From the NCBI GenBank assembly GCA_030390025.1, contig CM059431.1, positions 138,014,001 to 138,078,000 on the forward strand: a stretch of DNA of 64,000 nt, in the 5' to 3' direction. The notes under the pieces were generated by a model, which worked only from the letters and a program-made list of their open reading frames with translations, was not told the origin of the DNA and did no database searches. Position numbers and translations under genes: made by a program. Each line of letters opens with the position of its first letter. Position 1 is the first letter of the stretch. The stretch is from Squalus acanthias. Lineage: Eukaryota. Of this stretch, positions 25,701 to 39,514 are shown piece after piece.

Positions 25701-28700
25701 TACTGTGTTTCCCTAATTTACCCTGTCCATTATCTCTAATTAAACTGTTACTGTGTTCCCCTAAATTACCCTGTCCTGCATCTCTAATTACACAGTTACC
25801 GTGTTTACCTAAATTGCCCTGCCCTCTACCTCTAATTAAACTGTTACTGTGTTCCCCCGAATTACACTGCCCTCTATCTCTAATTACACAGTTAATGTGT
25901 TCCACTAAATTACCCTGTCCTCTATACCTAATTACACAGTTACTGTGTTCCCCTAAATTACCCTGTCCTCTATCTCTAATTACACAGTTACTGTGTTCCC
26001 CTAAATTACCATGTCCTCTATCTCCAATTAAACTGTTACTGTGTTCCCCCGAATTACACTGCCCTCTATCTCTAATTACACAGTTAATGTGTTCCACTAA
26101 ATTACCCTGTCCTCTATACCTAATTACACAGTTACTGTGCTCCCCTAAATTACCCTGTCCTCTATCTCTAATTACACAGTTACTGTGTTCCCCTAAATTA
26201 CCATGTCCTCTATCTCTAATTAAACTGTTACTGTGTTCCCCTAAATTACCTTGTCCTCTATCTCTAATTAAACAGTTATTGTGTTCCCCTAATTTACCAT
26301 GTTCATTATCTCTAATTAATCTGTTACTGTGTTCCCCTAAATTACCCTGTCCACTATTTCTAATTAAACAGTTACTGTGTTTCACTAATTTACCCTGTCC
26401 ATTATCTCTAATTACACAGTTATTGTGTTCCCCTAAATTACCCTGTCCTCTATCACTAATTACACAGTTACTGTGTTCCCCTAAATTACCCTGTCCTCTA
26501 TCTCTAATTACACAGTTACTCTGTTCCCCTAATTTACCCTGTCCATTATCTCTAATTAAACTGTTACTGTGTTCCCCTACATTACCCTGCCCTCTATCTC
26601 TAATTACACAGTTATTGTGTTCCCCTAAATTACCCTGTCCTCTATCTCTAATTACAGAGTTACTGTGTTCATCTAAATTACCCTGTCCTCTATCTCTAAT
26701 TACACAGTTACTGTGTTCCCCTAACTTACCCTGTCCTCTATCTCTAATTACAGAGTTAGTGTGTTCCCCTAAATTATCCTGTCCTCTATCACTAATTACA
26801 AAATTACTGTGTACCCCTAAATTATCCTGTCCTCTATCTCTATTTACACAGTTACTGCGTTCCCCTAAATTACCCTGTCCTCTATCTCTAATTAAACTGT
26901 TACTGTGTTCCCCTAAATTACCCTGTCCTCTATCTCTAATTACACAGTTACTGTGTTCCCCTAAATTACCTTGTCCTCTATCTCTAATTAAACAGTTATT
27001 GTGTTCCCCTAATTTACCCTGTCCACTATTTCTAATTAAACAGTTACTGTGTTTCCCTAATTTACCCTGTCCATTATCTCTAATTAAACTGTTACTGTGT
27101 TCCCCTAAATTACCCTGTCCTCTATCTTTAATTACACAGTTACTGTGTTGCCCTAAATTACCCTGTCCTCCATCTCTAATTACACAGTTACTGTGTTTAC
27201 CTTAATTGCACTGCCCTCTACCTCTAATTAAACTGTTACTGTGTTCCCCTGAATTAAACTGCCCTCTATCTCTAATTACACAGTTAATGTGTTCCACTAA
27301 ATTACCCTGTCCTCTATACCTAATTGCACAGTTACTGTGTTCCACTAAATTACCCTGTCCTCTATACCTAATTACACAGTTACTGTGTTCCCCTAAATTA
27401 CCCTGTCCTCTATCTCTAATTACACAGTTACTGTGTTCCCCTAAATTACCATGTCCTCTATCTCTAATTAAACTGTTACTGTGTTCCCCTAAATTACCTT
27501 GTCCTCTATCTCTAATTAAACAGTTATTGTGTTCCCCTAATTTACCATGTTCATTATCTCTAATTAATCTGTTACTGTGTTCCCCTAAATTACCCTGTCC
27601 ACTATTTCTAATTAAACAGTTACTGTGTTTCCCTAATTTACCCTGTCCATTATCTCTAATTAAACTGTTACTGTGTTCCCCTAAATTACCCTGTCCTCTA
27701 TCTCTAATTACACAGTTACTGTGTTCCACTAAATTACCCTGTCCTCTATACCTGATTGCACAGTTACTGTGTTCCACTAAATTACCCTGTCCTCTATCTC
27801 TAATTACACAGTTACTGTGTTCCCCTAAATTAGCCTGTCCTCTATCTCTAATTACACAGTTACTGTGTTCCCCCAAATTAACCTGTCCACTATTTCTAAT
27901 TAAACAGTTACTGTGTTCAGCTAAATTAACCTGGCCTTTATCTCTAATTACAGTTACTTTGTTCACCTAAATGACCCGGTACTCTATCTCTAATTACACA
28001 GTTACTGTGTTCACCTAAACTAACCTGTCCTCTATCTCTAATTACACAGTTACTGTGTTCCCCTAAATTACCTTGTCCTCTATCTCTAATTAAACAGTTA
28101 TTGTGTTCCCCTAATTTACCCTGTCCATTATCTCTAATTAAACTGTTACTGTGTTCCCCTACATTACCCTGCCCTCTATCTCTAATTACACTGTTACTGT
28201 GTTCCCCTAAATTACCCTGTCCTCTATCTCTAATTACACAGATACTGTGTTCCCCTAATTTACCTGTCCATTATCTCTAATTAAACTGTTACTGTGTTCC
28301 CCTACATTACCCTGCCCTCTATCTCTAATTACACAGTTATTGTGTTCCTTTAAATTACCCTGTCCTCTATCACTAATTACACAGTTACTGTGTTCCCCTA
28401 CATTACCCTGCCCTCTATCTCTAATTACACAGTTATTGTGTTCCCCTAAATTACCCTGTCCTCTATCTCTAATTACACAGTTACTGTGTTCCCCTAAATT
28501 ACCATGTCCTCTATCTCTAATTACACAGTTACTGTGTTCCCCTAACTTACCCTGTCCTCTATCTCTAATTACAGAGTTAGTGTGTTCCCCTAAATTATCC
28601 AGTCCTCTATCTCTATTTACACAGTTACTGTGTTCCCCTAAATTACCCTGTCCTCTATCTCTAATTAAACTGTTACTGTGTTCCCCTAAATTACCCTGTC

Positions 28701-30890
28701 CTCTATCTCTAATTATACAGTTACTGTGTTCCACTAAATTACCTTGTCCTCTATCTCTAATTGAACAGTTATTTTGTTCCCCTAATTTACCCTGTTCATT
28801 ATCTCTAATTAATCTGTTACTGTGTTCCCCTAAATTACCCTGTCCACTATTTCTAATTAAACAGTTACTGTGTTTCTCTAATTTACCCTGTCCATTATCT
28901 CTAATTAAACTGTTACTGTGTTCCCCTAAATTACCCTGTCCTCTATCTCTAATTACACAGTTACTGTGTTGCCCTAAATTACACTGTCCTGCATCTCTAA
29001 TTACACAGTTACCGTGTTTACCTAAATTGCCCTGCCCTCTACCTCTAATTAAACTGTTTCTGTGTTCCCCTGAATTACACTGCCCTCTATCTCTAATTAC
29101 ACAGTTAATGTGTTCCACTAAATTACCCTGTCCTCTATACCTAATTGCACAGTTATTGTGTTCCCCTAAATTACCCTGTCCTCTATCTCTAATTACAGAG
29201 TTACTGTGTTCATCTAAATTACCCTGTCCTCTCTCTCTAATTACACAGTTACTGTGTTCCCCTAAATTACCCTGTCCTCTATCTCTAATTACACAGTTAC
29301 TGTGTTCCCCTAACTTACCCTGTCCTCTATCTCTAATTACAGAGTTAGTGTGTTCCCCTAAATTATCCTGTCCTCTATCTCTATTTACACAGTTACTGTG
29401 TTCCCCTAAATTACCCTGTCCTCTATCTCTAATTAAACTGTTACTGTGTTCCCCTAAATTACCCTGTCCTCTATCTCTAATTACACAGTTACTGTGTTCC
29501 CCTAAATTACCTTGTCCTCTATCTCTAATTAAACAGTTATTGTGTTCCCCTAATTTACCCTGTTCATTATCTCTAATTAATCTGTTACTGTGTTCCCCTA
29601 AATTACCCTGTCCTCTATCTCTAATTACACAGTTACTGTGTTGCCCTAATTTACCCTGTCCATTATCTCTAATTAAACTGTTACTGTGTTCCCCTAAATT
29701 TCCCTGTCCTCTATCTCTAATTACACAGTTACTGTGTTGCCCTAAATTACCCTGTCCTGCATCTCTAATTACACAGTTACCGTGTTTACCTAAATTGCCC
29801 TGCCCTCTACCTCTAATTAAACTGTTACTGTGTTCCCCCGAATTACACTGCCCTCTATCTCTAATTACACAGTTAATGTGTTCCACTAAATTACCCTGTC
29901 CTCTATACCTAATTGCACAGTTACTGTGTTGCACTAAATTACCCTGTCCTCTATACCTAATTACACAGTTACTGTGTTCCCCTAAATTACCCTGTCCTCT
30001 ATCTCTAATTACACAGTTACTGTGTTCCCCTAAATTACCATGTCCTCTATCTCTAATTAAACTGTTACTGTGTTCCCCTAAATTACCTTGTCCTCTATCT
30101 CTAATTAAACAGTTATTGTGTTCCCCTAATTTACCATGTTCATTATCTCTAATTAATCTGTTACTGTGTTCCCCTAAATTACCCTGTCCACTATTTCTAA
30201 TTAAACAGTTACTGTGTTTCCCTAATTTACCCTGTCCATTATCTCTAATTAAACTGTTACTGTGTTCCCCTAAATTACCCTGTCCTCTATCTCTAATTAC
30301 ACAGTTACTGTGTTGCCCTAAATTACCCTGTCCTCCATCTCTAATTACACAGTTACTGTGTTTACCTAAATTACCCTGCCCTCTACCTCTAATTAAACTG
30401 TTACTGTGTTCCCCTAAATTACCCTGTCATCTATCTCTAATTACACAGTTACTGTGTTCCACTAAATTACCCTGTCCTCTATACCTATTTGCACAGTTAC
30501 TGTGTTCCACTAAATTACCCTGTCCTCTATACCTAATTACACAGTTACTGTGTTCCACTAAATTACCCTGTCCTCTATCTCTAATTACACAGTTACTGTG
30601 TCCCCCTAAATTACCCTGTCCTTTATCTCTAATTACACTGTTACTGTGTTCCCCTCAGTTACCCTGTCCTCTATCTCTAATTACACAGTTACTGTGTTCA
30701 CTTAAATGTTTCCTGTCCTCAATCTCTAATTACACAGTTACTGTGTTCCCCTAAATTACCCTGTCCTTTATCTCTAATTACACTGTTACTGTGTTCCCCT
30801 AAATTACCCTGTCCTTTATCTCTAATTTCACTGTTACTGTGTTCCCCTAAATTCCCCTTCCTCTGTCTCTATTTACACAGTCACTGTGTT
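19800..30890. repeat. 48-bp satellite array, about 230 copies (ctaattacacagttactgtgttcccctaaattaccctgtcctctatct)n, with degenerate flanks to about 19620 and 31050
   Basis: Direct reading; the 16-codon periodicity explains the giant ORFs on both strands. Confidence 0.98.
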
Positions 30891-31074
30891 CGTATAGTTC
30901 CTGTTATTCTCCTGATAAGTAAGCAATTGTTATATTCCCCTAAGGTCTCCTTTATTCCCTTTTTAAAGAAAGAGTTGCTGCCTTCCCCTCAATTTACCTG
31001 TCCTGTAATTTAATTAAACACTTACTGTATTCCCGTGAATTCCCCTATAACCCGTCGTGGACGGTCCAAGCTCA

Positions 31075-32122
31075 AGTTGTCCCCGAAAACCATTTCCTGC
31101 TACCTGAACCCCATTGCCTCTAAACTGCTGACCATTCAGTTCCTCTTCCTAGCCCCATGCTATCTGATATTGTGAAGGGTTCCATCTGCTCTGGTACTGT
31201 CCCCCTCCCTTTCAGAACTGCCGCCATCACTCCCTCCTGAAAAATCCACCCTTGACCCCTCTGACTTTTGAAATCTACCGCCCCATCTCCAACATCATAT
31301 TCCTGTCAAAAGTATTTGAACTTATTGTCGCCTCTCAAATTTGTGTCCATCTTTCCCGTAATTCCCTGTTTGAATCTCTCCAATCATTTTTCTGCCTTTG
31401 CACAGCACCTGAAACGGCCCTTATTGAAGTCACAAATTATATCCTCTGTGACTGTGACCATGGTGCACTGTCCCCTTTCATTCTTCCCGTCTTTGACACG
31501 GATGAAAACTCCATCCTTCTCCACGCCTCTCCTACATTTTTCATCTGTGTGGAACAGCCCACGCCTGGTCCCACTGTAACATATGCAGCCTGAGCCAGAG
31601 AATATCCTGCAATGGCTTATCTTCGTGCTCTCGCACCGTTACCTCTAACCCCAAAGGTTATCCTCTTTGATCCTTCTATTTCGCATCTACATGCTGCTCC
31701 TTGGCGACATCAGCCGGAAACACAACATCAGATTCCACGTGTGTGCTGAAGACACACAACTCTTCCTCAACACCAACTCTCTCAACTCATCCACTGTCTC
31801 TGTGTTGTCAAATAGCTTCTCTGCCCTCCATTCATGGATGAGCCAAAATGTCCTCCTGTGCATCCTCCACTGTCTTCGCCCTACAATGCCAGCCGTGCCT
31901 TTAGATGCATCGGCTCTAAAAACGGAAATTCCCTCCCTGAAACTCTGCATTTCTGCTCTCCTTTAAGACTCTCCTTAAGCCCACCTCTGATCACGATTTT
32001 GGTCACCTGTCCGCGTGTCTCCTTCTTTGGCTCCGTGTTCTTTTGTGTCTGATTACGCTCATTGGAAGCGCCTTGGGGCGTTTTATTAATTTAATTGCAT
32101 TACATAAATGAACGTTGTTGTA
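31075..32122 (+). mobile_element. L2-clade LINE, degraded RT and 3' end
   Basis: YRPISNIIFLSKVFE..LFESLQS..ETALIEV and FHVCAEDTQL; L2-type tail gcgccttggg...ataaatgaacgttgttgt. Confidence 0.82.
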
Positions 32123-32254
32123 ATAAAAAGTCCATGCTGGCCAGTCCTCTCAGCCAGATGCATCTAGGTAGTTTGGTCCGTTTTGGGTTGCGGGGGTGGG
32201 GGGAGGGGGGACGTTGGGCTGTAGCGATCAATCTATTATAATGAGCAGAGCATC

Positions 32255-33060
32255 ATAGTCAAGTTTCTGGTCAATGGTGAACTCTAGGATATTGATGGAG
32301 GGATATTCAGTGATGGTAATGCCGTTGAATGTCAAGGGCCAGTGGTTAAACTTTATCTTGTTGGAGATAGTCATTGCCTGTCACTTGTGTGGCGCAAAAG
32401 TTACTTGCCACTTATCAGGCCAAGCCTGAATGCCGTCTAGGTCTTGCTGCATGCGGGCAGGGACTTCTTCATTATCTGAGGAGATGTGAATGGAACTGAA
32501 CACTGTGTAATCATCAAGGAACATCCCCAATACTGACCTTATGATGGAGGGAAGGTCATTGATGAAGGAGCTAAAGATTGTTGGGCCTAGGAAACTGTTC
32601 TGAAGATCTCCTGCAGCGTTGTCCTGGGGCTTTGATGATTGACCTCCAATCACCACAACCATCTTCATTTGTGCTAGATATGACTCCAGCCAGTGGAGAG
32701 TTTTCCCCTGATTCCCATTGACTTCAGTTTTACTAGGGCTCCTGGATGCCAAACTCGGTCAAATGCTGCCTTGATGTCAAGGGCAGTCACTCTAACATCA
32801 CCGCTGATTTCAGCTATTTTGTCCATGTTTGGACCAAGGATGTAATGAGGTAGGGAGCCCAGTGGACCTGGCGTAACCCGAACTTAGCATTGGTGAGCAG
32901 GTTAGTGTTGAGTGAGTGCTTGATAGCAATGTCTTTGATGATGATTGTGCGAAGACTGATGGGGCAGTAATTGGCCGGGTTGGATTTGTCCTGCTTCTTG
33001 TGGACAGGGCATACCTGGGCATATTTCCACAATGTCGAATAGATGCCAGTGTTGCAGCTG
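32255..33060 (-). mobile_element. LINE family B RT fragment
   Basis: AQVCPVHKKQDKSNPANYCPISL, LGPTIFSSFINDLP and WQVTFAPHK. Confidence 0.85.
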
Positions 33061-33062
33061 TA

Positions 33063-33729
33063 AAGTTTTAAAAGGCCTACCCCTTAACCTGAGACTATGC
33101 TCCTTAGCTCTGGACACTCCAGCCAGGGGAAACAACCTCTCAGCATCTATCCTGTAAAACCCCTTCAGAATCTTGTATGTTTCAATGAGGTCACCTCTCA
33201 TTCTTCCAGACCCCAGAGAGTATAGGCCCATTCTACACAATCTCGCATCATAGGACAGTCCTCTCTTCCCAGGAATCAATCTGGTGAACCTTCGTTGCAC
33301 CGCCTTCAACGCAAGTATATCAGATAAGGAGACCAAAACTGTGCACAGTACTCCAGGTGTGGTCTCACCAAGGCCCTATACAATTGTAGCAAGATTTCCT
33401 TACTCTTATATTCCAACCCCCTTGCAAAAAAGGCCAACATGCCATTTATCTTCCTTATTGCTTGCTGTACCTGCATGCTAGCTTTCTGTGTTTCTTGCAC
33501 GAGGACACCCAAATCTCTGCACACCAACATTTGAAAGATGCTCACCATTAAATAAAAATCTGTTTTCCTATTCTTCCTACCAAAGTGAATAACCTCACAT
33601 TTCGCTACATTATACTCCATCTGCCACAATACTGCCAACTCAGATAGTCTATCGATATCCCTTTGCAGACTCTTAGTGTTCTCCTCACAGCTTACTCTCC
33701 CATCTAGCTTTGTATCATCAGCAAACTTG
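33063..33729 (-). mobile_element. CR1 LINE fragment
   Basis: KFADDTKL, WQMEYNVAKC and LYRALVRPHLEYC. Confidence 0.9.
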
Positions 33730-34680
33730 TAACGAAGGAGAAACAGCTTTATTAGTAATGTTGTTAGATTTATAATCACGTCCATGGATGGTTCCCATTT
33801 TTCAACATTTTTTTTGCATAAGATACTCTCTAATGTGAAAATCTGGTTTCATGTTTGTTTGGATTAAGTGCGATTGACTCTGTCTAACAGGATGATCTCT
33901 TAGATTGAATAGTGGCAATTCTCCCTGGCCTGCTGCACGCCCACAGAGCAGAGTTGCAAATATACAAAATAATCCTGTCTTTTAAGCTCTGCAAGTATCT
34001 CTGGTGGAGTCTAAGGTGCGTTATTTCCGGGGTTTGGATTCCACAGATTTGCAGACAGTTTCAGCAAATATAGCAAGGGAGACTTTTTTAGCTCGGTTTT
34101 CGATAATTTGCGGCCCTTTGATGTTTGTCTGAATCAGGGCGCGACAGGCTCGATCGACACTGGGCAGGATTGGACGGAAGTAGGCTTTCTACAGCCTGAG
34201 GGATGTTCAAGGTTTGACTGTTCTTTTCGCAGAGCACGCACACGTATTCCCGTCTTGCTGGTGAATTGATCGTGATGTAATAGATGGGTCCAGACGACAT
34301 CTCGCTGAGAATTTATACCCGGAACTTCTGCTCTTTGCTTGATTTGTTTTGACAGTAACTCTATCCTCGCCTGCTGTGTGATTTCTTTTTCTGGACTATC
34401 TCTAGTTTCGACTCTAAATCGCTGTGTTAAGACACAAACTTTAATAACGTCAAAAAACCTTTCGCCTGTTGTGGCCTCTACGCCGGATGATTCACAAAGA
34501 ATGTCAGGAAACTAAAATCGTCCATAATACAGACATTTCCCAATCCAGTGGCCATCCCAGGACTCTTGGCCATAGCAGGCCATTGATTTCTTTAGAGATA
34601 ATAAAAAACCGGATTATGATTTAATTCTACTTTGTACACATCTCTATTTGAGCGGATGATCTCTATAGTCGTATAGGAGT

Positions 34681-35946
34681 TAAGAACATAAGAACATAAG
34701 AAATAGGAGCAGGAGTAGACCAATCGGCCCCTCGAGCCTGCTCCGCCATTCAATAAGATCATGGCTGATCTGATCCAACCTCAACTCTAAAGAACACAAG
34801 AAGTCGGAGCAGGACCAGGCCACTCGGCCCCTGGGCCCGCTCCGCCACCCACAGGGCCTTGACCGATCCGAACTCAAACTCATGTCCAATTTCCAGCCCG
34901 CTCCCCGTAACCCCTGATTCCCTTTACTTCTAGGAAACGGTCTATTTCTGTTTTAAATTTATTTAATGAAGTAGCTTCCACAGCTTCCTGGGGTAGCAAA
35001 TTCCACAGACACACTACCCACTGAGTGAAAAAGTTTCTCCTCATCTCAGTTTTGAAAGAGCAGCCCCTTATTCTAAGATTATGTCCCCTAGTTCTAGTTT
35101 CACCCATCATTGGGAACATCCTCACCGCGTCCACCCGATCAAGCCCCTTCACAATCTTATATGTTTCAATAAGATCGCCTCTCATTCTTCTGAACTCCAA
35201 TGAGTAGAGTCCCAATCTACTCAACCTCTCCTCGTATGTCCACCCCCACATCCCCGGAATTAACCGAGTGAACCTTCTTTGCACTGCCTCGAGAGCAAGT
35301 ATGTCTTTTCTTAAGTATGGACACCAAAACTGTATGCAGTACTCCAGGTGCGGTCTCACCAATACCCTATACAACTGCAGCAATACCTCCCTGTTTTTAT
35401 ATTCTATCCCCCTAGCAATCAAAGCCAACATTCCATTGGCTTTCTTGATCACCTGCTGCACCTGCATACTAACTTTTTGATTTTCTTGCACCAAGACCCC
35501 CAGATCCCTTTGTACTGCAGTACTTTCCAGTTTCTCGCCATTAAGATAATAACTTGCTCTCTGATTTTTCCTGCCAAAGTGCATAACCTCACATTTTCCA
35601 ATATTGTATTGCATCTGCCAAATCTCTGCCCACTCACCCAGCCTGTCTATATCCCCTTGTAGGTTTTTTATGTCCTCCTCACTCTCTACTTTCCCTCCCA
35701 TCTTTGTATCATCTGCAAACTTTGATATGTTACACTCGGTCTCCTCCTCCAAATCGTTAATATAGATTGTAAAGAGTTGGGGACCCAGCACAGACCCCTG
35801 CGGAACACCACTGGCTACTGGTTGCCAGTCCGAGAATGTACCATTTATCCCAACTCTCTGCTTCCTGTTAGATAACCAATCCTCCACCCATGCCAGAATA
35901 TTACCCCCAATCCAGTGATTTTTTTATCTTGAGTAATAATCTTTGT
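34681..35946 (-). mobile_element. Young 5'-truncated CR1 with an uninterrupted 335-aa RT C-terminal frame
   Basis: ORF 34880-35887 ([27 protein letters not shown]); (ttcttatg)n tail; absent from the paralogous site at about 43318. Confidence 0.95.
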
Positions 35947-36049
35947 GCCCTCATAAGGGAGGAAACAGTTGAAGAGATTAGTTCGTGCTGGTCCCATTGG
36001 ACGAGTCCGGAGTCATTCCACTCATCCACTTCAAATTGACCTCAGTTTA

Positions 36050-36130
36050 CTTACGGTGGCCTAGTGGTTAAGCTGCTGCGCTCCTGATCCATTAGGTGGT
36101 GCAGGTATGGATTCCTGTCCCGGTTTCACC
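36050..36130 (+). mobile_element. Degenerate tRNA-derived SINE head (paralog at about 43430-43505)
   Basis: A-box ggtggcctagtggttaag and decayed B-box ggtatggattcc. Confidence 0.4.
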
Positions 36131-38199
36131 TCTGAGTCAGTGACGGTTGTGAAGCTTGCTGCATTGTATCACTTTGGGCAAAGCTCGCCTTGGGCTAGCC
36201 CAGTGCCAGTCTACTGGCCCAACTGCACCTAGTCCCATCCAGTATATTTATTAATTTGTGTTCAGAGTGCCTCGTCATAAAGGACTCCTTGTCCTGGGGA
36301 CTGTAACAGGTGTGAGGGATTAATTTGGGATTTTTACCTTGAACTGACTGGATCCAAATAGTTCAGTCTGTAACTGATTTTCTGACGTCGGCGTTTTCTA
36401 GAGCGGTTAATTTCCTTTACAAATATAGCGACATCGTTCCCATTCTTTCCACCGCTCTCCATCTGGAAACAAATATAACCTTTATGGAGGGGAGATTGCC
36501 TTCAATCCTACAACACTGCCACTGAAGAACCTAAGTTATTGATAAACAGTAACAGGTGTTCACTTATATACCTGAGTACTCTACCACAGACTGTTTAGCT
36601 GGAAGGACTGTTTATTTTTATATAGCTGGTCGGCCTTACAAACAACGGCCCCCTCCCACTGCTCGACGGTATTGACTGCATCTGCCTGTACCACGTGGTT
36701 CAAGTTGGACTATATCAGCCTCGAGGTGCTTCAAAAGGTTTTTCCCTCGTTAGTTCTCACACTAAAAACAGTGAGATAGAATCTTTTCCGTACTTGTTAC
36801 ATTTCTGTTTCATTATTTTGATTCTAACATGTTCAAATTGATTGATAATATTACTTTTATTGTGTTGTGTTCCTCAGGGTGTTATATAGCGCTAATTCTA
36901 TCATTTCCCCACAACTTCAATGCAGTTAATCCCAGGTCAGCTGCGGCAGCTTCTGTATTCTCTGAACTCTGTGAATTGCGCTTTTGCATTGTGTCAGGTA
37001 GCATGACAAATAGGATGTAATCAAACATGTTTGCAAAAATTAAAGGCATCTAACACTGAGCTAAACAGAGTTGAGTGTAAGAAACAACTAAAGAAAACGA
37101 AGGCTGCCATTAGATCAGTTAAAAGCCTTATGGAAAAGATGATGGTAGATAATTGTGGAAGTAATGGTGAAGTTTTTTCAATGATGTGAAGAGTCTGTAA
37201 ACTGTGAAAATTTGTATTGGGCCATTGAAGGTTGGTCAAGGTCACCTTACAACGGACTCACTGGGTCTGGATAAATAATAAATGATCACTTTTCATCGGT
37301 CCTCACTCTTGAAGACTATATTCGACTGTAAGAATTGAATGATTTGAATAATAAGACTAGTAATAAAATAAATGAATATATAGCTTTATAGAGATTTAAT
37401 AAGGATAAATTTGACAGAGCAGCCTAAACTCAGGAGTGATCTGATTGCGGATCACAGGAAAATGGTTTGTAACATTACCAGTTAACTTTTATTACTGTTG
37501 TTGTAAATTTATCTTTACATTTCATTGTATAAGTATCTGTCAGCGGATTCAATTCATTATGAGACTGAGACACGCTGCAAAATTAATGAATTTCAGAAGA
37601 AGAATTTGCATTTAACAAAAATATAAAACGTTCTATTATATCTGGCGACTCCTCTGTGTCTGATTCCCCTTCCTCCTTCTCCGTGCCGCTCCTTCCAGTG
37701 CTTCATGTCTGGTTCCCCACCTGTTCTCTTCCTGATGTTTACTTCCCTCCCCCGCCTGCTACAATCCTAATTCTCCCCTTTACCTTCCTTTTCTCCTGCA
37801 CGGTTCCTGATTCAGTCCCTGCTTCCGTTCACCCTCCGGCTCTATATCTGATGTTCCCTTTCCTTCCCTTTCCATCTCTTCTGCAACTGATTATCTTCCC
37901 TGCTTCCCTTTCCATCCTGCTACATGTCTGGTTCCTCACTCACCACAAAGGACACATCAACGCAATTCAAAGTACTCCATGTCACACTAAGTGTCCATAT
38001 AATCCCCCATAACCTACAGAGACCCTCTCCTATTAACTTCAGCGAATGCAGTTACCGATTGGGAAAACAGTTCCTACAATACCAGGCTAGCAGCCGCCTC
38101 CTGTTTCTCTTCAATATTCTTTTATTTTTGCTCACACATCTCCATATTAAAAACTCCCATTGTTTCTCATTCTACCCGATGGTTTTATCTTTTGTCTGT

Positions 38200-39500
38200 C
38201 GCTGCCTCAAATAGGTCCTGGTTGGTCGTTTTGAACCGCTGCAATCCTGTGGTGACGTTGAAAAATCCAATTGCAGGATTTTGAGTCAGCAATGATGAAG
38301 GAACCATGATATGTGTTCAGGTCAGGATAGCCTGTGATTTACAGAGAAGATTGGAGCAGCGGGTATCTCAAGACTTTGCTGCTCGTATCCTTATCAATGA
38401 TAGAGAGAGCTGGTCTGAGCGGTGATGTTAATTTAACCTTGGTGATTTGCAGTGGATAATACAGACTGCAGCAATAGTGCACTGATGGTGACCGGTGTGG
38501 ATATTGTGGATTTGAATCAAGCAGAATGTTTTGCCCTGAATGACGCCGAGCTTTATGGCTGGTGTTGTGGGTGTAACCATTTAAGACGAGTGGTGATTAT
38601 TCCATCACATTCCTAACTTGAGGCCTAGTGAAGAGGCTTTCAGAGATCAGGAAGAAAGACACATATCGTGGAGAACACAGCCTCTGCCGTTAATCTTCTG
38701 GTCAATGGGCATATCCAGGATGTTGATGGTGCAGCAGTAGGTGATTTTGTTGCCGCAAAAAGTTGGGGGGTTTTGTTGTGACTTTTCCTGTTGGATCTGG
38801 TAATTGCCCGGCACTGACATGGCACAAAAAATACCTGCCTCTTGTTAGCACACGCCTGGGAAATGTTCTTGTCCTGAAATAGGCTCTCATGGGCTGCTTC
38901 ATTATTTTGGAAATGGAGCAGGGCACTGTTGAATTAACAGAGAACGGATCGATTCCTGAACTTATGACAGAGCGATTGTTATTTATGATTGTACCTAACC
39001 AAGGGTGTAGCCCTGAGAAAGTCCAATTGTGATGCTTGCCCTCTAACAGACATGCCCATTTTACTGATAATGATTCCCTTATACCCCCGATAACTATTAC
39101 CTACGGTTTCACAGGGCTTCTTGATGTTGTCCTCGATCGGATCTGCACTCATGTCTACGGAAGTTAATCTCACATCTCGTGTCGCATTTTCTCTTGTATC
39201 CAGGTCTGGATCAAGGCTGTGATGAAGTTTGGAGCTGTGCGGTCCAGGCTGAGCAGGACCTGATTGTTGGCGAGTCGAATATTGTTTTGTAGATGACCCT
39301 CGATAGTTCTATAATTGACTAATTCTATCACTGTATTGATGATTATTAAGATATTAATAGGGCAAAAATTGGCTCTGTAAATTGTGTCATTTTCCAATGA
39401 ACTGAACAGAAGTCGGCAATTTCTTATGTTATCAGGTATACTATTACCACAGCTGTACTGGAATAGACTGGCTGTGGGGATGGTGTTGGTTAATTGTTTT
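38200..39500 (-). mobile_element. Highly degraded LINE family B (3' part)
   Basis: ttgaaccgctgcaatcc and RANFCPINILIII..APNFITALIQTW resemble family B. Confidence 0.6.
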
Positions 39501-39514
39501 AGGCAGGTCTTAGT

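Larger units (their letters stand above)
33731..37425 (+). repeat. Local segmental duplication, copy A (paralog of 41270-44790)
   Basis: Collinear similarity from aacgaaggag..cagctttattagtaa through ttgaca..gcagcct; differs by a CR1 insertion in A and an LTR insertion in B. Confidence 0.9.

Noticed and set aside
19797..30754. Giant ORFs (up to 1463 aa) as real Cys/Leu/Pro-rich or His/Asn/Gly-rich proteins
   Set aside because: A 48-bp unit lacking stops in one frame per strand produces them automatically. There is no unique N- or C-terminus, and stops and frameshifts are scattered through the array.
19800..30890. Array as CRISPR or as tandem RAG recombination signals (CACAGTT-12-TAAATTACC)
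   Set aside because: There are no unique spacers and the context is eukaryotic. The nonamer matches only 5/9 and lacks the critical central A tract, and no V/D/J segments are nearby.
34880..35887. 335-aa RT ORF as a host gene or active element
   Set aside because: 5'-truncated CR1 lacking promoter, ORF1 and endonuclease
37650..37940. Pro/Phe/Leu-rich ORF 37656-38012
   Set aside because: Pyrimidine-rich low-complexity DNA with no recognisable domain
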